A stretch of DNA of 64,000 nucleotides from Oscillospiraceae bacterium (GTDB lineage Bacteria > Bacillota > Clostridia > Oscillospirales > Oscillospiraceae): positions 8,771 to 72,770 of the forward strand of contig SVLT01000010.1 of the NCBI GenBank assembly GCA_015067845.1, read 5' to 3'. A program made the position numbers and the translations under genes. Positions within the stretch are counted from its first letter, which is position 1; each line of letters opens with the position of its first letter. The notes below the pieces were generated by a model. It did not search any database. It worked only from the letters and a program-made list of their open reading frames with translations, and was not told where the DNA came from. Of the stretch, positions 48,443 to 58,859 are shown piece by piece.

Positions 48443-49846
48443 TTATTGATCCAATCTTTTTTCTACGAAAGCCAGCATTGCGGAGTAGAACAGCACCGGC
48501 CCTACATTGAAGAAGTGGCAGTCTACCATACTGGTAGCCAGCAGTACCAACATGGAGACAAAAGCGAACATCTTTTTGCCCGCAAAGTGGTGCAGGAACA
48601 GCCAGAATGTCTGAACGCGGTGGAAAAGATAGGCTGCAAGGCCAACCACACCGCAGGATGCCAGCATCTGCAAGATGGTGTTGTGCCATCTGGGCGGGAA
48701 AAAGGCTACAAATTCCGCAGATGTGGACCAGGAGTAGATCGATTCGTCCACCGGGTAGAAGGTTGCACCGAAAACGGGATTATCCAGGAATTGCTGCCAT
48801 CCGGAGGCGTAGTCCTCGTCACGCTGGCCGGGCTTGAAGCCGCGTCCGATCAGATCCCGGAACAGCCGCAGGAGCTCGTCGTGATACAGGATAAAAATAG
48901 CCGTGATCACCAGCGCGGTGAATACATGAATGGCGATATTGGCCCGGGCGCGGCGGCTGTGGAGCAGGGAGATGGTGTAGGAAGTCAGATACGCAATGAT
49001 ACCCACCACCATGGAGCCCCGGGAACAGGTAAACAGCACGCCTCCAAGGAACAGCAGGCCGGAGATGTAGAACAGACCGGTGTGCCTGCCCTTTCCCGTC
49101 AGGAAGAAGGGGAAGGGGATCATCATGGCCAGCAGTGCGCCGATATTATTGTAATGGCCCCAGCCGGTATAGATCAGAGTGCGTTCGATGATGCCGTTTT
49201 GAATGACACCGTAGCGGAAATATATGAAGATCAGTTCCGCCAGCAGAACATACCCCACGCACATTCCTGTCCAGGCCAGATATCCGGCAGGCGCTTTATC
49301 CCATTTGACCAAGCCTGTAAGCAGAACATAAAAAACGATGACCGATGCAGCCTGGATAAAGGAAAACAGCAGATTTCTGTATCCGACTTCCATGAGCTGC
49401 GCGCTGCCCAGTCCGGAGAGCAGGTAGCCGGCGCAAAGGGCCAGTATGCCGGGCAGCAGCACCCGTTTACACTTCCAAAAGGCGGAGCGCCCCAATTCCG
49501 GATCCCGGATCAGACGATAGATAAGACCCGCGATGAGCAGTACCGCAAGAATGATCATATACAAGCCGCCATTGGAAAAAGCAAACAGGGAATCGTTGCT
49601 GAGTCCCGGATTGCTGCTGCGGGATGGGGCAATATAGGAGCAGATGGCCAGGGGCATGACGGGAAGCAGATCCCGACCGCAAAGGCACAGGTACAAAAAC
49701 AGAAGAACAAAACAGGTATATGTGAAAAGTTCGGCGCCGAAAACATTGGCAAATACGGTCAATGCCCAGCACAGGAGCAGATAAGTGGGTTTATAGAGGA
49801 AATCATCGAAGGCACGCAGATAAGAAGGTTTATCCAACATGTCCAC
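48443..49846 (-). CDS. O-antigen ligase/Wzy_C-like polytopic membrane protein
   Basis: About 12 TM segments, TCSRGS, R...NPVFG, WHN..LQML...GVVG. Confidence 0.8.
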   Translation of the reverse strand: MDMLDKPSYLRAFDDFLYKPTYLLLCWALTVFANVFGAELFTYTCFVLLFLYLCLCGRDLLPVMPLAICSYIAPSRSSNPGLSNDSLFAFSNGGLYMIILAVLLIAGLIYRLIRDPELGRSAFWKCKRVLLPGILALCAGYLLSGLGSAQLMEVGYRNLLFSFIQAASVIVFYVLLTGLVKWDKAPAGYLAWTGMCVGYVLLAELIFIYFRYGVIQNGIIERTLIYTGWGHYNNIGALLAMMIPFPFFLTGKGRHTGLFYISGLLFLGGVLFTCSRGSMVVGIIAYLTSYTISLLHSRRARANIAIHVFTALVITAIFILYHDELLRLFRDLIGRGFKPGQRDEDYASGWQQFLDNPVFGATFYPVDESIYSWSTSAEFVAFFPPRWHNTILQMLASCGVVGLAAYLFHRVQTFWLFLHHFAGKKMFAFVSMLVLLATSMVDCHFFNVGPVLFYSAMLAFVEKRLDQ

Positions 49847-49969
49847 TGCATCATCTCCTTTCCAAGGTTGAAAAAGTATATATTTTGGTTATCTTATCAC
49901 ATTTTGTCGTTTGTGTCAATGAAACATAGTGTGACGGTGGGTGGTGGTGTGATCTTTGCCCCCTAAGCA

Positions 49970-50162
49970 GGAGATTCGGTTGCGTGACTGGGTGATCTGC
50001 CGGAGATTCGTTTACATTTTCGCCCGTTTCGGGCGAAAATTAAGGTGTCGCCGGGGTGGGACCCGGCGAGCAACAGTCCACCGGACTGTTGCATTTAATC
50101 TTTCGAATCTCCTTCGTATACCATTAAGAAAAGCGTTATCCCGAAAGGGATAACGCTTTTCT
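49970..50162. mobile_element. tRNA-Lys-anchored mini-element / att-site remnant
   Basis: GGTGATCTGCCGGAGATTCG (50001-50020) repeats the tRNA 3' end (50164-50183, 19/20); inverted T-arm copy at 50103-50112; several internal hairpins. Confidence 0.6.
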
Positions 50163-50238
50163 TGGTGATCCGCCGGAGATTCGAACTCCGGACCCACTGC
50201 TTAAAAGGCAGTTGCTCTGCCAACTGAGCTAGCGGATC
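50163..50238 (-). tRNA. tRNA-Lys(TTT)
   Basis: GATCCGC acceptor stem, TTT anticodon, GTTCGAATC T-loop, encoded CCA; 76 nt. Confidence 0.96.
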
Positions 50239-50241
50239 ATA

Positions 50242-50316
50242 TGGCTGGGATGGCAGGATTTGAACCTACGAATGCCAGAGTCAAAGTCTGGTGCCTTACC
50301 GCTTGGCGACATCCCA
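50242..50316 (-). tRNA. tRNA-Gln(TTG)
   Basis: TGGGATG acceptor stem, TTG anticodon, GTTCAAATC T-loop, encoded CCA; 75 nt. Confidence 0.96.
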
Positions 50317-50348
50317 ATGTCTCGCGCCCAACACCGGACACAGCAGAC

Positions 50349-50377
50349 ATTATAGCATAGTTCATTAAGATTTGCAA
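50349..50377 (-). promoter_or_regulatory. sigmaA promoter of the tRNA pair
   Basis: TTGCAA-17bp-TATAAT. Confidence 0.75.
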
Positions 50378-50450
50378 CACTTTTTTTCAAATATCTGTAA
50401 TGGAACAAGGAACTGCCTCAATCCTGTGGGATTGAGGCGGTGTTACTTTT

Positions 50451-51401
50451 TTACAGCAGGATATCGTCCATAAAATAGGCGTTGGAATAGGCGTTTTTGC
50501 CGTGTTCGTCAGTTACGACAACGCGGACATAGCTGCATTTGGGTTCCAGCTTCCAGCTCAGCTGGGTAACCAATTCGCCTCCATCGCTGTTGGCATAGCC
50601 ACGCATTTTGGTGGGCGTATTGATGCTGATGCGGACTGCGGGGGAAGTGACCACGTGAAGCACCTTCTCGTCGTCCACATAAAGCTCCTTGATCTCCGGG
50701 CCTTCGGATGCGTAGAAGTTGCCGGCGAAAAGTGCTTCCATAACGGACGGATAATCCAGTTTTTCCGCTTTGATTATGGTATATGCACCAAAGGAGTCGG
50801 GACGACCTTCTCGGTTATGGTTATCGTCTGTGGCAAGACAGAAAATCCGTCTGCCGTCAATCAGCATATCGTCGTAAACATGCTCGTTATGTTCACTAAA
50901 TCCGGAAAGATAGGCACCGTAATTGACGATCTCCGTGGCGTGCATATACTTGTAATGCTTGTAGTCCTCGTAGCGCTCCATGCTCCACGCAGGGTGATTG
51001 TGAGTCACAAAGAAGCCGGCATTACGGTATGTGCGCATAATATCGTTGACCACCTCAGGAGAATAGCGGCCGTCATACTTTTCGTGGCCCATGGTTCCCC
51101 GGAACTCGGGATCGGAGGAAATCAAGCCGATATCGCAATTTTTACGGATGTTATAGCGCCAGTCGCCCTTTCTGTATTCGCCAAGACCCACTTCCAGCCC
51201 GATCAGTGCGAGGAAATTATCGTCCGTCAGGTGATTTTGGGGATAGGCTCTGCCATGATCGGTGAAGGCAACAACGGAGTAACCCTTTTCCGTGTACATT
51301 GCTTTGATTTCCTCCGGGGTGAATCGGCCATCGGAGCAGGTGGTGTGGCAGTGAAGATTTGCTTTATACAAATTGCCGCTTTGGGGAAGCAGGTATTTCA
51401 T
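50451..51401 (-). CDS. PHP-domain metallohydrolase
   Basis: NLHCHTTCSDG, FTDH, HNHP, ATDDNH, FYASEGP. Confidence 0.85.
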   Translation of the reverse strand: MKYLLPQSGNLYKANLHCHTTCSDGRFTPEEIKAMYTEKGYSVVAFTDHGRAYPQNHLTDDNFLALIGLEVGLGEYRKGDWRYNIRKNCDIGLISSDPEFRGTMGHEKYDGRYSPEVVNDIMRTYRNAGFFVTHNHPAWSMERYEDYKHYKYMHATEIVNYGAYLSGFSEHNEHVYDDMLIDGRRIFCLATDDNHNREGRPDSFGAYTIIKAEKLDYPSVMEALFAGNFYASEGPEIKELYVDDEKVLHVVTSPAVRISINTPTKMRGYANSDGGELVTQLSWKLEPKCSYVRVVVTDEHGKNAYSNAYFMDDILL

Positions 51402-51525
51402 AAACGTGTCCTCCTGACATTTTTCTCAATCATACTATGCCTATGCCAGGAAGTCAAGTCTTCCCGACGGATGTGCAAAGATTATGCAAATAAAATCTCC
51501 CCTCTGCAAAAGAGGGGAGAGTGGT

Positions 51526-52692
51526 TTACAGCGGAGGACGGATGTACCGTGCATGGCTTGGAGGTGCAGGTCGTGCATGGACACCGGACACCAAACCCAG
51601 CATGGTGTAGGTTGCGATGATGGAGCTGCCGCCGTAGCTGATGAGGGGCAGGGTCAGACCGATAACGGGCATCACGCCGATGCACATACCGATGTTGATC
51701 ATCACCTGGAACATCATGGCAAATGCTGCGCCGAAGCATACCATGCGGCGCATATAATCCTTACTCTTGGAGCCTACCCAAATGCACCGACCAATGATGG
51801 CAAGCATCATAACCATGACCAAAATGCAGCCCACATAGCCCAATTCTTCACCGATAGAGGAGAAAATGTAGTCCGTATGCTGGGCAAACAGCTGGCCGCC
51901 CTGGGTGCGGTTGCCGTTGAACAGTCCCTGCCCCAGCATACCGCCGCCGGTGAGGGAATTGAGACTTTGGGTGGTGTGCCAACGTTCGTCCAGACCGGTG
52001 GGGTCGATGACTTCCGGCATGATCAGCACCAAAATACGATTTTTCTGTTCTTCGGAGAAAAATTGTGTCCATAAAATGGGGAAAGCAGCTGCAACAGCCC
52101 CGATTCCACCTATGGTCCACCACCATTTTACACCACCGGCAATGAACATACCGACAAAAATGGCGACAAAAATCAGCGTCACGCCCAGGTCACCGGAAAC
52201 CACAAAATTGATGCCTGCCACCAGGCCAAGATGCAGGACCATATGACCAACGGAACTGACATGGGATATTCGGTTTTGATGAGAGGACATGACCGACGCC
52301 ATGATGAGTATGTAAAAGATCTTACAAAACTCCGCAGGCTGGACATAGATGTTGATCAAAGGGATGGGGATCCAACTCTTATTGCCGGTGTTATTATCCG
52401 TGCCGAAGGGAATCAGAAGCAGAAGCAGAAAGACATTGAATGCGGTAAAAAGGGTTCGCCGTTCGGAAAAAACATTCACATCGATGGACGACATGAGCAT
52501 ATACATCAAGAAACCGATGCCGGTTGCAAGCACCTGGACAAACATATAACGGGTAGAACCGCCAAATTTTGCGGCGTTGGTGGCGCTGTCTACCACAAGG
52601 CAGCCAAAAGCAGAGGTAGCAAGGCATAAGATCAGCAGGACCATATCGCCCTTGCGGAAAAAGCTTTTCAGTTCCTGCCAAAATTCACGCAT
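51526..52692 (-). CDS. rodA: SEDS family peptidoglycan polymerase RodA/FtsW
   Basis: SWI, QPAEFCK, DLG, HTDYIF..IGEELG, PLISYGGSS. Confidence 0.88.
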   Translation of the reverse strand: MREFWQELKSFFRKGDMVLLILCLATSAFGCLVVDSATNAAKFGGSTRYMFVQVLATGIGFLMYMLMSSIDVNVFSERRTLFTAFNVFLLLLLIPFGTDNNTGNKSWIPIPLINIYVQPAEFCKIFYILIMASVMSSHQNRISHVSSVGHMVLHLGLVAGINFVVSGDLGVTLIFVAIFVGMFIAGGVKWWWTIGGIGAVAAAFPILWTQFFSEEQKNRILVLIMPEVIDPTGLDERWHTTQSLNSLTGGGMLGQGLFNGNRTQGGQLFAQHTDYIFSSIGEELGYVGCILVMVMMLAIIGRCIWVGSKSKDYMRRMVCFGAAFAMMFQVMINIGMCIGVMPVIGLTLPLISYGGSSIIATYTMLGLVSGVHARPAPPSHARYIRPPL

Positions 52693-52796
52693 GACACTAC
52701 CTCCTTTCTAACCCAATTATTGTACCATTATATCGGGAAAATGTAAATAGAGGAATTGTAAAGAAAGGCGGTCTGCCGAAGCAGACCGCCTGAAAA

Positions 52797-54182
52797 TTAT
52801 GCCAAATAGATCGCCTTGCAGGCAAGCATGGTCTCGTAGCAGTCCAGCTTGGAAACCAGCTCCAGCGGTGCGTGCATGCTCAGAACGGGCACGCCGGCAT
52901 CCACAGTGACGATATTCCGGTTTGCCATATATGCGGCCACGGTGCCGCCGCCGCCCTGATCTACCTTACCCAGAGTTGCGATCTGCCAGATCACATCGGC
53001 GTTGTCGAAGGTGGTGCGGACATGGCACATAGCCTCGGCAGAAGCATCGGACGCGCCGCCCTTGCCACGGGAGCCGGTGTACTTGCAGATGGACACGCCG
53101 TAGTTCAGCTTGGAATTGTTCCGACGGTCACAGGTTTCCGCGAAGTTGGGATCAAAAGCGTTGGAGACGTCAGCAGACAGGCAGAAGGAGTTGGCAAAGC
53201 ACTCTCTCAGCTTCACATTCTGGGCATCGCACAGGGTGTCCATGAAGTATTCGAAAGCGTCGCTCTGCATGCCAGAAACGCCCACAGAGCCGATCTCTTC
53301 CTTGTCAGCCAGGATACACACAGCGGTCTTGGCAGGTACATCCAGCGCAAACAGAGCAGCCAGCTCTGCGTAGGAGCAGACCCGGTCATCGTGACCGTAG
53401 GCCGCGATCAGGCTCCGATCCAGACCCACCTCACGGCAGCGTCCGGCAGGGACGAGATGCAGCTCGGCGGACAGGAAATCGGACTCGATGATGCCGTATT
53501 TTTCGTTCAGCAGCTTCATGATGTGCAGCTTTACCAGATCGCTGCCATCGCCCTCGATGGGTTCTGTGCCCAGGATCACGTTGAGCTGCTCGCCCTCGAT
53601 GACCTTTGCGGCGGGCTTCTGCATCTGGTCAGCCGCCAGGTGGATCAGCAGATCGGAGACCATCAGTACGGGATCGCTGTCGTCCTCACCGACGGTGACG
53701 GTCACAGTAGTGCCGTCCTTCTTGCAGACCACGCCGTGGAGCGCCAGCGGCACAGTGGGCCACTGATACTTCTTGATGCCGCCGTAGTAGTGGGTCTTAA
53801 AGTAGGCAATTTCGGAATCCTCATACATGGGGTTGGGCTTTACATCCATCCGGGGGGAATCCACATGGGCGGCGCAGATATTCGCGCCCTTTGCCAGGGA
53901 CTCAGAGCCGATCACAGCCAGAATGATGGACTTGCCCCGGTTGTTCAGATAATACTTGTCGCCGGGCTTGGCCTGCGCGTTGGCGGTCAGGGGCTTGAAG
54001 CCCTGCTTTTCAGCCTCTGCAACGGCCCAGGCAGTTGCCTCGCGCTCGGTCTTGCAGGCATCCATAAATGCCATGTAGTCCTTGCAGTAGCTTTCCATTT
54101 CGGCACGCTGTGCGGAAGAAATACGGGTATAGCCGTTCTTGGCTTCCATCAAAAGGGACTGGCGAAGTTCGTCGTTAGTCAT
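52797..54182 (-). CDS. M18 family aminopeptidase
   Basis: AHVDSPR, HYYGGIKKYQW, GHDDR, DKEEIGS, GGGGT, SMH. Confidence 0.92.
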   Translation of the reverse strand: MTNDELRQSLLMEAKNGYTRISSAQRAEMESYCKDYMAFMDACKTEREATAWAVAEAEKQGFKPLTANAQAKPGDKYYLNNRGKSIILAVIGSESLAKGANICAAHVDSPRMDVKPNPMYEDSEIAYFKTHYYGGIKKYQWPTVPLALHGVVCKKDGTTVTVTVGEDDSDPVLMVSDLLIHLAADQMQKPAAKVIEGEQLNVILGTEPIEGDGSDLVKLHIMKLLNEKYGIIESDFLSAELHLVPAGRCREVGLDRSLIAAYGHDDRVCSYAELAALFALDVPAKTAVCILADKEEIGSVGVSGMQSDAFEYFMDTLCDAQNVKLRECFANSFCLSADVSNAFDPNFAETCDRRNNSKLNYGVSICKYTGSRGKGGASDASAEAMCHVRTTFDNADVIWQIATLGKVDQGGGGTVAAYMANRNIVTVDAGVPVLSMHAPLELVSKLDCYETMLACKAIYLA

Positions 54183-54184
54183 AG

Positions 54185-54781
54185 TCATTCTCCTTTGGTT
54201 TTTTCTTTTATTATACCTAAGTTGCCCAAAAAGGCAATACATTTCCCGGTAAATTCTTCCCGGGTGCCGTTGTTTTCCAGAATATGGTCGCATTTGGATG
54301 TAAACCATACATCGTCATGCTGGGCGGCGATGCGGTTTTTGGCATATTCCTCAGAAATACCGTCCCGGGACATGATGCGCCGGATGCGCATTTCTACAGG
54401 CGCGGTGATTGCCACGGTCACATCACAAAGAACATCCAGTTCTCCCTCGAAAAGGCCGATGGCATCGATGGCAACAAGGGAGGGGCGATCTTCCAAATGG
54501 CGCAGGATCTCTTGCTTGACCGCATGGTGGGTGATGCGATTCAGCTCCAGCAATGCGGCCTCGTCATTAAAAACAATCGCACCCAGTTTTTTGCGATCCA
54601 GCGCGCCGTCGGCGACGGTTCCGGGGAAGGTGCTTTCAATGGCGTTCAGAAGGGAAGCGTCGGTTTGGAGCAGGTGATGATAAATGGCGTCGCAGTCCAG
54701 AACCAGACCGCCTTTTTCCGCAATCAAATGCAGCAGGGTAGATTTTCCGCTGCCGGTGCCGCCGGTAATTCCAATGATCAT
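54185..54781 (-). CDS. coaE: Dephospho-CoA kinase
   Basis: GITGGTGSGKST, LDRKKLG..VF, RI..Q. Confidence 0.93.
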   Translation of the reverse strand: MIIGITGGTGSGKSTLLHLIAEKGGLVLDCDAIYHHLLQTDASLLNAIESTFPGTVADGALDRKKLGAIVFNDEAALLELNRITHHAVKQEILRHLEDRPSLVAIDAIGLFEGELDVLCDVTVAITAPVEMRIRRIMSRDGISEEYAKNRIAAQHDDVWFTSKCDHILENNGTREEFTGKCIAFLGNLGIIKEKTKGE

Positions 54782-55812
54782 AGCTCGTCCTCCCCGTTGA
54801 TGATCCGGAAGCCTGCCGCCTTTTTTAGACGGTTCTGCACGGCGTAGGCCACGCCGCCGCCCTCGGGACACCGGGCGTAGACCTTAGAAATGCCGGGATC
54901 GTCCAGCTTCCGCAACGCGGCGAACAGACCTGCCGAAAGGGTGGAAGCATCGGATTCTTTGCCATAGGAAAGGGGATTGCAGTTTGTATACAAGGGTAGT
55001 TCCTCTTCAAAGCACAGTACCCGGTCACCCGGCTGGAAGTGTCGATGAATGTACGCTGCGGCCTTTTCCCGGGAGCCGGCAACGATAATCACCTCGCTTT
55101 GGGGAGCGTAGTGCTTGTATTTCATGCCGGGTGCTTTCACCACGGCATCTTTATCGATTTGTGCGGTAACAGCCTTATCCACCACCAGATCTCCCAGTAC
55201 GGCGATCAGCTGCTCCGGCGTGATGCCGCCGGGGCGGAGCAGACGGGGGCGTTCCTCCGTCAAATCCACGATGGTGGATTCCACACCCACCCGGCAGGGA
55301 CCGCCGTCCACGATCAGCTCAATTTTGCCGTCGTGATCGTGCAGTACATGCTGAGCTGTAGTCGTAGAGGGCTTTCCGGAGATATTGGCAGAGGGCGCGG
55401 CGATGGGCACACCGGCCAGACGGATGATCTGCCGGGTCACATCACAGTCCGGACACCGGACAGCCACGGTGGGAAGTCCTGCGGTGGTGCATTTGGGAAC
55501 GGTATCCCGGGCAGGGAGCACCATGGTCAGGGGGCCGGGCCAGAAGGCATCGGCCAGGGCATAGGCAGAAGCAGGAATATCATGGCAGAATTTTTCGATT
55601 TCCTCTGCGCCTGCCACGTGCAGGATCAGGGGATTGTCCTGGGGACGGCCCTTGACGGCAAAAATTTTGGCAACAGCCGCTTCGTTCAGACCATCCGCGC
55701 CCAGACCGTAAACGGTTTCCGTGGGGATGGCAACCAAACCGCCATCTTTTATGATTTGCGCCGCGGTGGCGGCAGTATCTGCTTTATTTGCAGACAAAAT
55801 TTGAGTTTGCAC
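54778..55812 (-). CDS. sua5: L-threonylcarbamoyladenylate synthase (Sua5 type)
   Basis: PTETVYGL, KGRPQDNPLILH, APSAN, PGMKYKHY. Confidence 0.95.
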   Translation of the reverse strand: MQTQILSANKADTAATAAQIIKDGGLVAIPTETVYGLGADGLNEAAVAKIFAVKGRPQDNPLILHVAGAEEIEKFCHDIPASAYALADAFWPGPLTMVLPARDTVPKCTTAGLPTVAVRCPDCDVTRQIIRLAGVPIAAPSANISGKPSTTTAQHVLHDHDGKIELIVDGGPCRVGVESTIVDLTEERPRLLRPGGITPEQLIAVLGDLVVDKAVTAQIDKDAVVKAPGMKYKHYAPQSEVIIVAGSREKAAAYIHRHFQPGDRVLCFEEELPLYTNCNPLSYGKESDASTLSAGLFAALRKLDDPGISKVYARCPEGGGVAYAVQNRLKKAAGFRIINGEDEL

Positions 55813-55830
55813 GGATATTCCTCCTTTCTC

Positions 55831-56610
55831 TCAGAATCCCATGTCACGCAATTCGTGGATGATATGCAGGTAAAACAGGCCTACGCCTGCCAGTTTTTTC
55901 TTTGTGCCGTATACGCCCACCATTTTGAAATGATCCAATTCCGTGCCCATAGAGCCCCGGTAATTTCCCCATTGGCTGGACTTGACGGCTACCATGCCGT
56001 CGGTATCGTCCTGCTCGCAGTAACGGGAGATCCGATAGGGAATATAGCGCAGAAAAGCCTTTTTGCCGGGGGCGGTGGATGAATAACTCTGGTAATAAAC
56101 CGCCGGCATATTGGGAACGGCTTCGTTGAAGCGTTCCATGGCGTCGCCGGTCAGCTCCTGCCCAAGCAACAGAATATTCGGTTGCTTGTCGCCCAGAATT
56201 TTATAAAAGGTATCGGTGAAAAAAGCGATGGTTTTCGCCCAAGATGCGGGCATTTCCAAAAGTCTTGCGCTGAGCCCGGAGCCGTGATGGGGTGTGGAAA
56301 GGGTTGTCAGGGATGCCACCCGGTCAGCCATATCCAACCGGGAGATCATGTACCGGCTGTCCACGCCGCCCTTGGAGTGGGCGATGATGTTGACCTTGTT
56401 GCAGTTTTCCTTTTCCAGGATCTCCTCGATCTCCTGCTTTAACTGCGCAGCATTGGTTTCCACGGATCCCACGCCGTCCTGATTGGATACATACACAGTC
56501 ACATTTTGCTTGCGCAGAAAATCTGTGATCCCCCGGAAAGCGGGCCAGAGGGAAAAATCCTTGATCATCATGCCGTGAACCAATAGTACGGGATATTTGG
56601 TTGATTCCAT
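55831..56610 (-). CDS. Alpha/beta-hydrolase, lipase/esterase
   Basis: LVHG, AHSKGG, TPHHGS, DG.V, DH; no signal peptide. Confidence 0.85.
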   Translation of the reverse strand: MESTKYPVLLVHGMMIKDFSLWPAFRGITDFLRKQNVTVYVSNQDGVGSVETNAAQLKQEIEEILEKENCNKVNIIAHSKGGVDSRYMISRLDMADRVASLTTLSTPHHGSGLSARLLEMPASWAKTIAFFTDTFYKILGDKQPNILLLGQELTGDAMERFNEAVPNMPAVYYQSYSSTAPGKKAFLRYIPYRISRYCEQDDTDGMVAVKSSQWGNYRGSMGTELDHFKMVGVYGTKKKLAGVGLFYLHIIHELRDMGF

Positions 56611-56669
56611 AGCACACCTCCTGAGGGAAAAGAACATGGAGCAGCCGGGAAGCTGCTCCATGGATCATT

Positions 56670-57446
56670 TTACACAGTGGGCTGGTTGGCAGCTTCGATG
56701 ATCTGCACAAACTTTTCGGGCACCAGAGAAGCACCGCCGATGAGGCCGCCGTCGATGTCGGGCTGAGCCAGCAGCTCGTATGCGTTCTTCTCGTTCATGG
56801 AGCCGCCGTACAGAATGGAAATGGCGCGGGCGTTTTTGGAGGAGTAGAGTTTGCGCACCACAGCGCGGATACCCTCACAAACCTCCTGAGCCTGCTCGGG
56901 AGTAGCGGTGCGGCCGGTGCCGATGGCCCAGATGGGCTCGTAGGCGATGACCACCTTGCGAATCTTGTCCTCGGAAACGCCAGCCAGACCCAGCTTGATC
57001 TGCATGGCGATCCACTCGTTTGTGATATCAGCCTCTCTCTGCTCCAGAGACTCGCCACAGCACATGATGGGGGTCAGGCCCGCATCCAGAGCAGCCAGAA
57101 CCTTTGCGTTTACATCGGCGTCGGTCTCGCCCATGGCGCGGCGCTCGGAGTGACCGATGATGACATACTTGCAGCCGGCATCCACCAGCATGTTGGTAGC
57201 GATCTCGCCGGTGTAGGCGCCGCTTGCGTTGGCGTTGCAGTTTTCTGCGCCGATGCCCACCCGGGTCTCACGCATAGCGCGGACAGCGGCAGGGATGCAC
57301 ACAGCGGGAACACACAGGGCAATGTCGCACCAGCGGCCCTTGGGCAGAATGGTTTTCAGCTGATTCATAAACTCCTTGGTCTCGGAGGGGGTCTTGTTCA
57401 TTTTCCAGTTACCGGCAATGACGGTCTTACGGTATTTACGGTTCAT
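56670..57446 (-). CDS. tpiA: Triose-phosphate isomerase (canonical bacterial type)
   Basis: GNWKMN, GHSERR, AYEPIWAIGTG, YGGS, GGASL. Confidence 0.97.
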   Translation of the reverse strand: MNRKYRKTVIAGNWKMNKTPSETKEFMNQLKTILPKGRWCDIALCVPAVCIPAAVRAMRETRVGIGAENCNANASGAYTGEIATNMLVDAGCKYVIIGHSERRAMGETDADVNAKVLAALDAGLTPIMCCGESLEQREADITNEWIAMQIKLGLAGVSEDKIRKVVIAYEPIWAIGTGRTATPEQAQEVCEGIRAVVRKLYSSKNARAISILYGGSMNEKNAYELLAQPDIDGGLIGGASLVPEKFVQIIEAANQPTV

Positions 57447-57513
57447 GTTAATTTCTCCTTATATGTGACATCGGTATTCGATGTGTGTTGACAAAGTTAT
57501 AAAGTGTGGGGAT

Positions 57514-57613
57514 GTAGGGGGCATTCACGAATGCCCCGCGGGCGATTCTTGAATCGCCCCTACGAAAATTCAACAAGGGGTGGGGTAGCGGCGGGGGCAT
57601 GCCCCCGCCCTAC
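57514..57613. repeat. GTAG-type REP cluster between pgk and tpiA
   Basis: GTAGGGGGCATTC..GAATGCCCC, GGGCGATTC..GAATCGCCCCTAC, GTAGCGGCGGGGGC..GCCCCCGCCCTAC. Confidence 0.75.
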
Positions 57614-57630
57614 ATATTATTACGAAGTCC

Positions 57631-58830
57631 TTACTTGTCTTCCAGACAAGCAATGCCGGGCAATTCAAGGCCTTCCAGGAATTCCAGGGAAGCGCCGCCG
57701 CCGGTGGAAATGTGGGTGATTTTATCAGCGAAGCCCAACTGCTCGCAAGCAGCTGCGGAGTCGCCGCCGCCAACGATGGTCACGGCGTCAGAATCGGCCA
57801 GAGCCTGAGCAACAGCAATGGTACCCTTGGCCAGAGTGGGGTTTTCAAACACGCCCATGGGGCCGTTCCAGACAACAGTCTTGGCAGCCTTGGCAGCGGC
57901 AGCAAATTCTGCGCAAGCCTTGGGGCCGATATCCAGACCCATCTGATCTTCGGGGATTGCGGTGCAGTCAACGTACTCAACAGGAATTTCTGCGTCGATG
58001 GGGTTGGGGAAGGAAGCGGCAACAGCGGTGTCAACGGGCAGCAGCAGCTTTACGCCCTTGGCCTCAGCCTTAGCCATCATTTCCTTGCAGTAGTCCAGCT
58101 TTTCGTTGTCCACCAGGGACTTGCCAACAGTGTAGCCCTGAGCAGCCAGGAAGGTGTAAGCCATACCGCCGCCGATGATCAGGGTGTCCACCTTTTCCAG
58201 CAGATTGTTGATAACATTCAGCTTGTCGGAGACCTTGGCACCGCCCAGGATTGCCACGAAGGGACGCTCGGGGTTGGCCAGAGCCTTGCCCATGATGGAA
58301 ACTTCCTTCTGGATCAGGTAGCCGCAGACAGCGGGCAGGTAGTCAGCAACACCTGCGGTGGAGGAGTGAGCGCGGTGAGCAGCACCGAAAGCATCGTTGA
58401 CGAAAACGTCAGCCAGATCGGCCAGAGCCTTGGAAAGCTCGGGATCGTTCTTGGTCTCGCCCTTGATGTAACGGGTGTTTTCCAGCAGCATCACATCGCC
58501 GTCCTTCATAGCAGCAGCCTTGGCCTTGGAGTCCTCACCGGCAACGTCAGCAGCCATGATGACTTCCTTGCCCAGCAGCTCGCTGATGCGCGCAGCAACG
58601 ACCTTCAGGCTCAGCTCGGGCTTCCACTCGCCCTTGGGCTTACCCATGTGGGAGCAGAGGATGACCTTAGCGCCCTTGTCCACCAGATACTTGATGGTGG
58701 GCATGGCAGCCACGATACGCTTGTCGGATGTGATCTTGCCATCCTTGGTGGGAACGTTGAAGTCGCAGCGGCACAGAACGCGCTTACCGGCTACTTCAAT
58801 GTCTTCAATGGACTTCTTGTTGTAGTTCAT
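57631..58830 (-). CDS. pgk: Phosphoglycerate kinase
   Basis: [40 protein letters not shown]. Confidence 0.98.
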   Translation of the reverse strand: MNYNKKSIEDIEVAGKRVLCRCDFNVPTKDGKITSDKRIVAAMPTIKYLVDKGAKVILCSHMGKPKGEWKPELSLKVVAARISELLGKEVIMAADVAGEDSKAKAAAMKDGDVMLLENTRYIKGETKNDPELSKALADLADVFVNDAFGAAHRAHSSTAGVADYLPAVCGYLIQKEVSIMGKALANPERPFVAILGGAKVSDKLNVINNLLEKVDTLIIGGGMAYTFLAAQGYTVGKSLVDNEKLDYCKEMMAKAEAKGVKLLLPVDTAVAASFPNPIDAEIPVEYVDCTAIPEDQMGLDIGPKACAEFAAAAKAAKTVVWNGPMGVFENPTLAKGTIAVAQALADSDAVTIVGGGDSAAACEQLGFADKITHISTGGGASLEFLEGLELPGIACLEDK

Positions 58831-58859
58831 AGTGATTCCTCCATATTATATAGGGCATG

